Below are positions 48,246 to 55,714 of a stretch of DNA of 64,000 nt, one piece after another. A program made the position numbers and the translations under genes. The notes below the pieces were generated by a model, which saw nothing but the letters and a program-made list of their open reading frames with translations, was not told where the DNA came from and made no database searches. Source of the DNA: Spirochaetales bacterium (GTDB taxonomy: Bacteria > Spirochaetota > Spirochaetia > JABEVK01); assembly GCA_037142615.1 (NCBI GenBank), contig JBAXAI010000003.1, positions 1-64,000 of the forward strand, in the 5' to 3' direction. Numbering within the stretch: position 1 is the first letter of the stretch; each line of letters begins with the position of its first letter.

Positions 48246-49058
48246 GGATTTCAAAAGCGCCTCGACGGTCGCCGAAGGGAGTCCAGTCAGCGCTGCGACT
48301 TTGGCAACACTCATGCCATCTTCCAACAAGGCCGCTGCGACTTCGGCCTTTCCCTCGGCCTTTCCCTCGGCCTTTCCTTCTGCTTTTACGCTGAAGTAGT
48401 CATGCCGCTCCATTGACTCGTGTATCTCTCTGTAAACTTCAGGTTCAAACATGAGGTACGCCTCCATCCGTTGCTTCGCTGATCCGAGCAAGGCAACCAA
48501 ATCGGCCGGGCCGTTGGCTGGCCTCGTCTCGGGCTTCTCCAAGAATGTGTCCCAAATGGCCGCTTTTTTCAACAGCGTTCGGCGGCTCGGCGACCTCAGG
48601 AGTTTGGGAAGTTCCACGAAGATGAAGCCCAGATGTGCCGTATGTGGTAACCGAAAGTGGTGCAACCAAGGTCCTTTCTTTGAGATCTCATACTCGAGAA
48701 AATTGAGAGAAATGACCGGTTTCAACGTGGCGTAGTTTTCGCCTTTGGGGAGTTGGCGGGCAAAAAGGCGCGCCCAGTAGAACAAGGTCCGCTCGAAATA
48801 GGCGGGTTTGCGGGTAGTTTGCACTTCGACATTGATGATGCGGCCGTTGTCGTCTTCGGCCAACAGATCGAGAATTGCCAGCTTCTCGCCATTGTGTCCT
48901 GGAGTCAATTCTCGGGGCTGGAGCTGCAGCTTGTGGACCAGCGGCAGCCCGACGGCCTCGAAATGGGCGTTGACGAGACTTTCAAGGAGCGGTAAGCCTT
49001 CGGGCTCGCCAAAGACGTGCAAGAAAACGGAGTCGTGAGTGAGCGGGGAATAGGGCAT
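48243..49058 (-). CDS. Rpn family (PD-(D/E)XK) nuclease
   Basis: DSVFLHVFG, LDLLAED, NVEVQ, RTLFYWA, FVELPK; C-terminal (EGKA)n repeats and a GMSVAKVAALTGL HTH tail. Confidence 0.88.
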   Translation of the reverse strand: MPYSPLTHDSVFLHVFGEPEGLPLLESLVNAHFEAVGLPLVHKLQLQPRELTPGHNGEKLAILDLLAEDDNGRIINVEVQTTRKPAYFERTLFYWARLFARQLPKGENYATLKPVISLNFLEYEISKKGPWLHHFRLPHTAHLGFIFVELPKLLRSPSRRTLLKKAAIWDTFLEKPETRPANGPADLVALLGSAKQRMEAYLMFEPEVYREIHESMERHDYFSVKAEGKAEGKAEGKAEVAAALLEDGMSVAKVAALTGLPSATVEALLKS

Positions 49059-49059
49059 T

Positions 49060-49077
49060 TGGTACCTCGAGGTACCA
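49060..49077. promoter_or_regulatory. perfect 18-bp palindrome over the Rpn RBS
   Basis: tggtacctcgaggtacca, immediately upstream of the Rpn ATG. Confidence 0.55.
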
Positions 49078-49180
49078 GACAGGAAAAAGGGGCGTCTTGC
49101 TTCTACGTTGGTAACGAAATCGAAGGAATCGGGGTTTCGTTCTTGGGGACGCAGGCTGCTTTACGCGAATCTAGTTGGAG

Positions 49181-49229
49181 GCCTGGGCGACACTTCGTTT
49201 ACGCTTGGGCGACGCTTCGTTTGCGCCTG
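49181..49229. repeat. 22-bp imperfect tandem repeat x2.2
   Basis: gcctgggcgacacttcgtttac / gcttgggcgacgcttcgtttgc / gcctg. Confidence 0.8.
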
Positions 49230-49233
49230 AATT

Positions 49234-49248
49234 CCCGCGGTGGATTCA
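49234..49248. repeat. REP-like motif copy 2 (cccgcggtggattca)
   Basis: One mismatch to the copy 1/3 core; its terminal tca is the stop codon of ORF 49246-49416. Confidence 0.65.
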
Positions 49249-49416
49249 TTCCACTGGCGGTGTCAGATTACTCCGAAGCAGCTCGTTCAGTAACTGCGAG
49301 GGGTCTTTTCCGGCCTTTTGGGCTTGTTGCTGCAAGAGAGCGGCGAGATCGGCTTCGAGGAAAACAGCCAATCGGTTGTCTGAGCGAGGATAGTACCTCT
49401 TGCCAACGATGATCAT
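49246..49416 (-). CDS. orphan or truncated BrnA-like antitoxin
   Basis: GKRYYP...LAVFLEADL...LLNELLR resembles the 55711-55929 protein (GKFTVP...IPVYLDPEV...VNELLR); no cognate toxin adjacent. Confidence 0.45.
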   Translation of the reverse strand: MIIVGKRYYPRSDNRLAVFLEADLAALLQQQAQKAGKDPSQLLNELLRSNLTPPVE

Positions 49417-49508
49417 GGCAAACGGATTCTGGAAAACACCCTCGGCCTGCTGGAAGGTTACTTTGCGGAATTTGGCGGAGGTCTGTCCCCAGGTGGGAAC
49501 ATGCCCTG

Positions 49509-50027
49509 TTATTGGAGGGTCAACAACCTGTGCGACGGAAACAGCCCTTGCAGCCAGGCCGGCAGAGGAGCGAGCCAGCTTGGTGGGCCAGTCCGTCGAA
49601 GCCCGACGCCGCCCCATTTCCACTGCTCCGGGGTGGAAACCAGTTCGGCCCTGACGGGATTGTTGTCGACGTACGCGAACACACGAAGAAACTCGACAAA
49701 GTTGGGGATAATCCACGAGAAGAACCGGCCACCCCAAAAGTGCCCCCAGAGGCCGTTGGCCTTGTTATAACGGATGGCGAACGTCTGGAGAATCCATTTC
49801 ATGATATTGGCGAGAGTTGAAGCCCCTTTGGGCTGGAGGATCAGGTGAAAATGGTTGCCCATGATCACGAAGTTGTCGAGGTGGAAGTCGAACTTCTCGT
49901 GTGCCCTGGCGAGCACGTCGAGGAACATCTGTTTGACCGTGTCGTGTTCCATCAGGAGTTTTTGGTGGTTGGCCCGGGCCGTGACATGGTATTTGGCGCC
50001 GTCCTGGATGATTCGGGGTTTTCTCAT
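49509..50027 (-). mobile_element. REP-associated tyrosine transposase (RAYT / Y1 HUH TnpA)
   Basis: MRKPR, YHVTARAN, MGNHFHLIL (HUH), GHFWGGRF, YVDNNPVRAELV (catalytic Tyr), PEQWKW. Confidence 0.9.
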
Positions 50028-50089
50028 ACCTGCATGACTGCGATCGAGGCGGTTCTGCTTCTACGAATGACGAAGAAATCGGTTTTGAG

Positions 50090-50120
50090 GTCTGACCCCC
50101 GGTGCCCCCCGGTGGATTCA
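50090..50120. repeat. REP-like motif copy 3 (tandem)
   Basis: gtctgacccccggtg-ccccccggtggattca, about 60 bp upstream of the RAYT start. Confidence 0.75.
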
Positions 50121-50159
50121 CGATGGGATCACCTCTGGAGAGGTCAGTCCCTCCGAAGT

Positions 50160-50393
50160 CTACCGCGAGTGGCTGAGAATAAACTCCCGCAGCGCTGAGT
50201 TCATCAGGGTCTGGTAACCGATCTTTTCTTCACCGGCTTTTTTTCGAAAGTACAGGAGCACATCGTCGTCGAGTCGAATGGAAGTGGAGATTTTCTTCGG
50301 CTGATAGAACCGACCGCGGATTCCCTTGGAGAAGTCGTACTCGTCGGCAAGTTCAAACAAGTCCTCAGATTCTCTCATAGTGCTTTCGTTCAT
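50160..50393 (-). CDS. BrnA family antitoxin
   Basis: EYDFSKGIRGRFY, SIRLDDDVLLYF, GYQTLMNSALRE; start may be ATG 50378. Confidence 0.9.
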   Translation of the reverse strand: MNESTMRESEDLFELADEYDFSKGIRGRFYQPKKISTSIRLDDDVLLYFRKKAGEEKIGYQTLMNSALREFILSHSR

Positions 50394-50649
50394 TCTGGCT
50401 GGCCTCCCTTGCCGAAATAATCCGGATCACTTCTTGACCGTTGGAATCGAAATACAGGTTGGCGACAACGAGAAGCCGGCCGTACGGGGTTTCGCCGATG
50501 GTGATCCAGCGCTCCTCGAAATACGAAAAACGATGATCCAGAAGCGAAACGTGCAGAGGGTCGGCAAACACCAACTTGGCCTCGTCGAACGACACACCGT
50601 GCTTCGCTTGGTTTGAGGCGTCCTTCCCTGCATCCCAGTCGAACGTCAT
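50365..50649 (-). CDS. BrnT family toxin
   Basis: FDWDAGKDASNQAKHGVSFDEA, EERWITIG, IRIISAREA. Confidence 0.92.
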   Translation of the reverse strand: MTFDWDAGKDASNQAKHGVSFDEAKLVFADPLHVSLLDHRFSYFEERWITIGETPYGRLLVVANLYFDSNGQEVIRIISAREASQNERKHYERI

Positions 50650-50655
50650 GGAGGA

Positions 50656-50684
50656 AGCCTAGTGAGTTGTAGTGACACTGTCAA
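50656..50684 (-). promoter_or_regulatory. leaderless sigma70 promoter of brnTA with a palindromic operator
   Basis: TTGACA-N17-TAGGCT-N6-ATG; palindrome tgaca-c-tgtca (50673-50683) overlaps the -35 box. Confidence 0.65.
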
Positions 50685-50715
50685 TGCAAGTACCGTGGAA
50701 TCAGTGGAGGTGAGG

Positions 50716-50738
50716 CCCCCGGTGGACCCCTGTGATTT
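50716..50738. repeat. REP-like motif copy 4 (degenerate tandem)
   Basis: cccccggtgga-cccctgtgattt, followed by the hairpin gaggggc-gcct-gcccctc (50751-50768). Confidence 0.5.
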
Positions 50739-50866
50739 CGAGACCGGTTAGAGGGGCGCCTGCCCCTCGCTTCAGCCTCCTCGGCGGGCGACCTTCGGAT
50801 CGCCAGCCTCCGGGGTCTTCCGCTACCCCCTCTGGGTCTACTGTAGAGGCCTGACCAGGGGTGGGG

Positions 50867-52081
50867 TTACACTTTCCTAACTTTGGTAGCGTCCGGAACC
50901 AAAACGAACCGGCGCTTCCAGTGTGGCGATATTCGACTGGCCACTTCCTCGGTTCGAAACCGCCAACTCCGCGAATGGCGCAGAATACCCAAATAAGAGT
51001 TCATGCTCGCGAGGAAGGCCGCTTTCTGCTCGCGTTTGGGTGGCCTACGGGCGACAACGAGATTATGCCGGTCGATGGCCTGCCGGAAGTTGCTACGAAG
51101 CCGTCGGCTCGGGTACAGCCGGTCGGGACGCACGAAAGCCCCGAGAAACGCCACACCGACACTGGCCCGAGCCAGGCGAATCTTTCGAGGGTGCAAAGTG
51201 AGGGCGAGTCGGTCGTGAAGGAAGTTGCGGATAGCCGCAGTGGCGGTGACGAGCACCTCATGGTCGCGGTGCACCAGGAACAGGTCGTCCACGTAGCGGC
51301 CATAGCTGGCGATGCCTAGGGTGTGCTTCACGTAGTGATCCAGTCCGCTCAGGTAAAAGTTCGCCAGCACCTGCGAGGTCAGGTTGCCAATCGGCAAGCC
51401 GCAGCCCGAAGGAACTTTGAAGAGGCTCTTGTCGGCCGGAAGGTTGTCCCAGCTCGAAAGCGGGCTTTGTCGGCGGCAATCGCGGGTCGGGTCGGCCAGA
51501 ATCAGGTTTCGGAGCAACTGGAGAATCAGTTTCAAGTCGTCGCCGCGGTAAGTCCGGTTGAGGAAATCTTCCAGCAAGTTCAGCAGTTTGGTTCGCTGAA
51601 TGTTCATGAAGAACCCCTGGATGTCGAGACGTAGCACCCAGGGGTCGCAAGGTGGGTTTGACGATTCGCGGCGCAAGAAGCGCTGAAGCCGCGCTATGCC
51701 CAAGTGAGTTCCTTTGCCGACGCGGCACGAATAGCTGTCGTAAATGAACTCGCGCTCAAAAAGCGGATTGAGCCGACGGATCAGCACATGGTGCACCACG
51801 CGGTCTCGGAAGCCGGCGGCAAACACCTCGCGCTTGACGGGGGTTTCCACAATGAAAACGTTCGTGGGTGCAGGAACCCAGCTACCTGCGTTGAGCTCGG
51901 CACAAAGCTCAATCAACGAGTGTTCCAGATCGAGCTCAAAGGCGACGGCGCTGGGTTTATTGCGCTTGTGGCGACGGCACTCATGGTAGGCCTCAAAGAC
52001 TTCGGCCAACGAAAACGCAGGTGGAGAAAGAGGTTGCGGTGTGGCAGTCACACCGCAACCGGCCTGTTCAAGAGCCCGCAC
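50867..52081 (-). CDS. DGR reverse transcriptase (start GTG 52081 or GTG 52051)
   Basis: KREVFAAGFRDRVVHH, YSCRVGKGTHLG, LRLDIQGFF, GLPIGNLTSQVLANFYL, RYVDD, FLG; no maturase or endonuclease domain. Confidence 0.95.
   Translation of the reverse strand: MRALEQAGCGVTATPQPLSPPAFSLAEVFEAYHECRRHKRNKPSAVAFELDLEHSLIELCAELNAGSWVPAPTNVFIVETPVKREVFAAGFRDRVVHHVLIRRLNPLFEREFIYDSYSCRVGKGTHLGIARLQRFLRRESSNPPCDPWVLRLDIQGFFMNIQRTKLLNLLEDFLNRTYRGDDLKLILQLLRNLILADPTRDCRRQSPLSSWDNLPADKSLFKVPSGCGLPIGNLTSQVLANFYLSGLDHYVKHTLGIASYGRYVDDLFLVHRDHEVLVTATAAIRNFLHDRLALTLHPRKIRLARASVGVAFLGAFVRPDRLYPSRRLRSNFRQAIDRHNLVVARRPPKREQKAAFLASMNSYLGILRHSRSWRFRTEEVASRISPHWKRRFVLVPDATKVRKV
52032..52060. other. perfect 12-bp stem-loop just 3' of TR
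   Basis: ggttgcggtgtg-gcagt-cacaccgcaacc. Confidence 0.8.
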
Positions 52082-52183
52082 CGCCCGGACATAGTTTTTG
52101 TTGTTCTTGTTGTTGTTGTTCTGATTGCCATTGTCGAAGTTCTGTTTCCAGGCGTTGTTGTTGTTGTTCTGCGAAGAAGACCA
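52073..52183 (-). repeat. DGR template repeat (TR)
   Basis: AAC-rich; translated in the VR frame it reads WSSSQNNNNNAWKQNFDNGNQNNNNKNNKNYVRAVRA; 43 adenines. Confidence 0.97.
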
Positions 52184-52348
52184 TGAGTGCGGGAGTCAGT
52201 ATGCCCGGCAGGCGTCTGCCGTCCATGTCGTGTTCCTGCCATCACCCGTGCCACTGGGGGCACCATGGGGATCTGCTGGCAGGCCCCGCACCGCTTTTGA
52301 ACGAAGCCTGGCTCGCCCGGCAACACCGTGACACTGCCGGTTCGGGCC

Positions 52349-52690
52349 TTACCGGTGGGCATTGCGCCATCCGGTGACCTGTTTGCTGATGCCTTCCATC
52401 AACTCGGCCAGCTCGGCCTGGTTGCGGATGGGCAGCAGTTTGAGGTCGGTGCACAGACGGATTTCGAGCTTGAGGACCTCGAAGTCGTCGAGGAAGGTTT
52501 CGAGGGGCACCTCCTTGTGTTGGGTCTTGTGCGCGCGGTAAATGCTGCGCACCAGCGACAAACAATCGCGCTTCATATCTTGGCCCAGGGTGAACTTGTA
52601 CTCGCGGGCAAAGTGCTGGGTGAGCTCGAACACCCGCAGGGTGAGTTTGTACACATCTTTGAACACCGGCAAGTCGTAATAGAGCGCCAG
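52349..52690 (-). CDS. avd: Avd accessory variability determinant (four-helix bundle)
   Basis: LYYDLPVFKDVYKL, FAREYKFTLGQ, LKLEIRLC.DL, ISKQVTGW; lies between target and TR; candidate start GGAG-N6-CTG(52690). Confidence 0.88.
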   Translation of the reverse strand: MALYYDLPVFKDVYKLTLRVFELTQHFAREYKFTLGQDMKRDCLSLVRSIYRAHKTQHKEVPLETFLDDFEVLKLEIRLCTDLKLLPIRNQAELAELMEGISKQVTGWRNAHR

Positions 52691-52700
52691 AGTGAACTCC

Positions 52701-52724
52701 TGAGGGGGGCGACCACCCCCCTCA
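52701..52724. other. GC-rich hairpin downstream of VR (candidate DGR target-recognition hairpin)
   Basis: tgagggggg-cgacca-cccccctca, a perfect 9-bp stem about 30 nt after the target stop. Confidence 0.8.
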
Positions 52725-52755
52725 ACCCCCATTCCAAAAAGTCAAAGGACAAAAG

Positions 52756-55266
52756 TCAAAAAGCCCGCACCGCCCGGACACAGCTTTCGTTGCCCTCGGC
52801 GTTGACGTTCTGATAGCCAATGGCGAAGAGCTGTAGCCAGGCGTAGTAGTTGTCGCGCTGCGAAGAAGACCAGTACCACTGCTTGGCGAAGCCTCCCTGC
52901 CCGTTCTTCGCGAGCACGGTGTAGAGCAGGTTCAGCTCGTCTTTGCTGGGCAAGAACCAGTCGTTGAAGCCGCCGGTGCTCAGGTCGTAGCACAGTTGGG
53001 CGGCGTAGCTACCGCTGCCTTGGGCCGCGATAATGGCCTCGGTGTTGGCTTTGCCGCTGCCGATCTTGGTGTCGGTTTTCACGTCGATGTGGCTGCCGTT
53101 GTACCACTGGATGCCGGCGCTGGCGTCGCTGGGGGCGGCCTCGAGGTAGCGCCATCCACCCGAGTTGTTGCCCTTGTCGTAAAACACAATGCCACCAGCG
53201 GGGCCCAGGTCACCCAGCTTAATCCCGGGTTTGTCGGCCACCACGTTGGTTGTTTGCCCGGCGGCGAGCGTGGCACTGCCCTTGTAGGGGATGCCGTAGT
53301 TGTCGGTCCATCTGACCTCAAGTTTCACGCTCCCCTCGGCCAGCTTCACCGTCAGCGGCGTGCTTCCCATCACCTGCCCGTCCACGTACACCTGCGCCAC
53401 GCCGTCGCCCTTTTTGGTGTTCACGACAAGCGTTCCCACGGCCAAGATGGGCTTGGCCCACTGGCCCAGCGCAAAGTACGCGGCCCGTTTGACGGCGGTG
53501 TTTTGCACCACCACCGCGTTGCTGGTCAGGTTGCGTACCCGCACTCCGCGCACCTCGACGGCGTAGCGCTTCTGGTCGGCTTGGCGCACCAGGCCCCAGT
53601 CCACTTCGGCGGTGAGCGCGTTGGCTTTCACGGCGGCGTCGAGGGCGCGGATGGCGGTCGCGGGGTCGTTGGCCAGGCCCAGTTCGGCCACCAACGGTAC
53701 GGGCGTGAGAGGTACGGTGGCGTCGGCACTGCCCACGGTGAACGGCCAGGTTTTGGCGTTGCGGTCGTAGGTGCCCACCGTGAGCGTGGCGGCGCTGCCG
53801 GTCAGCGTCCAGGTTTTCGTCTGCAAGGTGCGCAAGGTGCTATCGAACTGCGCCCGGATGCTCGCGGTCTGCGCCACGCGCTGCGCCTCGGCGCTGGCTT
53901 TGAGCTGGCTCAGGTCGGCCTGTCGTTTGCCTTCGAGCGTGGCGCGTTCCTGATTTTGACGGGTAGCAAACTCGGCGTCGCTTTCCACGATGTCGGCCTC
54001 TTCTTTGTCGATGGCCTTGACTTGTACATCCCACGTCGCGTTGGTGCTGGCCACGCTCTTGGCCAGCGCGGCGGCGTACTGGCCGTCGACCTCCTTGAGC
54101 ACGGCGTCGAGGCGTTCCACGGTGTCGATGAGCACGTCGGGGTTGTCGCTGGCGGCGGCGGTAGCCAGCTTGTCGAGCTCGGCGCGGCGGGTGGCAGCGA
54201 GGTTTCCCAGTTCGTTCTGCTTGGCGGCGGCTTCGTTGGCCGCTGTTTGCCGTTGCAGGCTCACCTGCTGGGCCTGCGCCGCCAATTGCGCCTGACGGGA
54301 GGCCTCGGCGGCCAGGTTGTCGGCTTCGAGTCTTTTGGCCGCCTGCAGGGCCTGTTGGCGTTGCTGTTCCACCTCGAGCTTCTGTTTGGCGCTGGCGTCT
54401 TTGGTGGTGTTGATCTTGGCTTGCAGTGCCGCCACCTGGGCATCGAGCGCGGCCAGTTCGGCGGTGCTCTTGGCGCTGGCCGACTGCGCCTTGGCGGCGG
54501 CCAAAGCGGGGTCATTGAAGTAAAAGGCCTTCGAGAGCCCGTCGTCCACACGGGGTTGCTGTTTGCCGCTGGTAGCCGCTTTCACATCGGCCTTCACCTG
54601 CGTCATCACCTCGGCCACCGTTTTGCCCGGCGCGGCGAGGTTTTTGAGCACCGCAGCCGTGAACACGCCGTTGCGGCCCGCACCGTCTTGCGCCACGTCG
54701 CCGGGCTGCGTGGCGTAGGCAATCAGCGTTTCGACGTCGCGCGGGGCGGCGATCGCGGCGAGGCCCCGGGTGCCCGACCGGCTGGAACCTGGGAACGGGT
54801 TGTCACGGCAGGCGTCAAGGAAGATGAGCGCCGTGGCCACCCCTGCGTCTTTGATGCGACCCAACACGTCGGCCAATGGCACGCCCCGGCTCTTGGCCTT
54901 GGCGAGGCTGGTGATATCTTCTTTGACTGGAATCAGATAGTTCTCGCCATCGGCTTGCACACCGTGGCCTGCGTAGTAGAACAAAGCGGTGTCTTTGCCC
55001 TTGAGGGCCTTCTGAAAGTCGGCCAAGGCCGCGTCCATGCCTGCGTAGTCGGCGTCGGTGCGCAACAACACGTCGAAGCCTTGCTCGCGGAGCGCGGCCG
55101 CGATGTCGGTGGCGTCGTTCACAGGGTTGGTGAGCGCGTTGCTGGCGTAGGCGCTGTTGCCAATCACCAAGGCAGCGCGGGTGTTTTGAGCGGCCACAGG
55201 AACGGCCACCACGGCGAAGATCAGGGCGAGCGCAAACAACGCAATCGGGCGGCTGAGAGTGTTCAT
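52756..55266 (-). CDS. DGR target: exported caspase-family (peptidase C14) protein with coiled coil, PEGA and C-terminal DUF1566/CLec-like variable domain
   Basis: Signal peptide; ALVIGNSAY, YYAGHG, FLDACRDNPF and GRNGVFT (caspase); VYVDGQVMGSTP (PEGA); GPAGGIVFYDKG...WRYLEAAP, DWFLPSKDEL, YWSSS...VRAVRAF. Confidence 0.92.
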   Translation of the reverse strand: MNTLSRPIALFALALIFAVVAVPVAAQNTRAALVIGNSAYASNALTNPVNDATDIAAALREQGFDVLLRTDADYAGMDAALADFQKALKGKDTALFYYAGHGVQADGENYLIPVKEDITSLAKAKSRGVPLADVLGRIKDAGVATALIFLDACRDNPFPGSSRSGTRGLAAIAAPRDVETLIAYATQPGDVAQDGAGRNGVFTAAVLKNLAAPGKTVAEVMTQVKADVKAATSGKQQPRVDDGLSKAFYFNDPALAAAKAQSASAKSTAELAALDAQVAALQAKINTTKDASAKQKLEVEQQRQQALQAAKRLEADNLAAEASRQAQLAAQAQQVSLQRQTAANEAAAKQNELGNLAATRRAELDKLATAAASDNPDVLIDTVERLDAVLKEVDGQYAAALAKSVASTNATWDVQVKAIDKEEADIVESDAEFATRQNQERATLEGKRQADLSQLKASAEAQRVAQTASIRAQFDSTLRTLQTKTWTLTGSAATLTVGTYDRNAKTWPFTVGSADATVPLTPVPLVAELGLANDPATAIRALDAAVKANALTAEVDWGLVRQADQKRYAVEVRGVRVRNLTSNAVVVQNTAVKRAAYFALGQWAKPILAVGTLVVNTKKGDGVAQVYVDGQVMGSTPLTVKLAEGSVKLEVRWTDNYGIPYKGSATLAAGQTTNVVADKPGIKLGDLGPAGGIVFYDKGNNSGGWRYLEAAPSDASAGIQWYNGSHIDVKTDTKIGSGKANTEAIIAAQGSGSYAAQLCYDLSTGGFNDWFLPSKDELNLLYTVLAKNGQGGFAKQWYWSSSQRDNYYAWLQLFAIGYQNVNAEGNESCVRAVRAF
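52762..52872 (-). repeat. DGR variable repeat (VR)
   Basis: Encodes WSSSQRDNYYAWLQLFAIGYQNVNAEGNESCVRAVRA; 89/111 identical to TR. Confidence 0.97.
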
Positions 55267-55272
55267 GCACAA

Positions 55273-55301
55273 AACCTAGGCGATGGAGCGCTCTGCGTCA
55301 A
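55273..55301 (-). promoter_or_regulatory. leaderless sigma70 promoter of the DGR target
   Basis: TTGACG-N17-TAGGTT-N6-ATG(55266). Confidence 0.6.
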
Positions 55302-55411
55302 CGGGCCATTGCAAATGGAGGCGTTGCTTCGCACACCAACACTTCGAAGATTTGTTCCGAAACACACAAGCAAAACGGACGAAGTCCCCGTTACCACCAT
55401 GGGAGGGCAGC

Positions 55412-55714
55412 GTGGCGCTGGACTTCGACTGGGACATAGACAAAGACCTGGCAAATCGGAAGAAGCACGGTCTAGCCTTCGCCGAAGCGGCAGAAGTGTT
55501 TTCGGACGTTGATTTGATGACAAAATTTGACTGGGATCATTCCGATGGGGAAGAACGTTTCATCTCGCTTGGTCAATTGCCAAGTGGAATCACGCTCGTT
55601 GTCTGCCACACGATTCGCAACCGCGCTGGGGTCGAGGTGACCAGAATCATCAGTGCGCGAAAGGCTGACAAGGGTGAGCAAGCAGCTTACTATGAAGGGA
55701 AGGACGCCGAATGA
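55412..55714 (+). CDS. BrnT family toxin
   Basis: FDWDIDKDLANRKKHGLAFAEA, HSDGEERFISLG, RIISARKA; GGAGG-N5-GTG. Confidence 0.9.
   Translation: MALDFDWDIDKDLANRKKHGLAFAEAAEVFSDVDLMTKFDWDHSDGEERFISLGQLPSGITLVVCHTIRNRAGVEVTRIISARKADKGEQAAYYEGKDAE

Larger units (their letters stand above)
50867..55301 (-). mobile_element. diversity-generating retroelement (target/VR - avd - TR - RT)
   Basis: All four components are co-oriented; TR and VR are 111-bp repeats with 22 differences, all at TR adenines; hairpin downstream of VR. Confidence 0.97.

Noticed and set aside
48343-48378. 12-bp tandem repeat in Rpn
   Set aside because: Encodes the (EGKA)n tract that is normal for this family
50867-52081. RT as a group II intron, retron or CRISPR-associated RT
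   Set aside because: No maturase or endonuclease domain, no intron ends or msr/msd recognised, no cas genes; the avd and TR/VR context identifies a DGR
52091-52170. (GTT)n microsatellite-like tract
   Set aside because: It is the AAC-codon-rich DGR template repeat, which aligns to VR, not a simple sequence repeat
52996-55512. 838-aa plus-strand ORF
   Set aside because: Antisense shadow of the DGR target caused by GC-rich codon bias; no recognisable motifs
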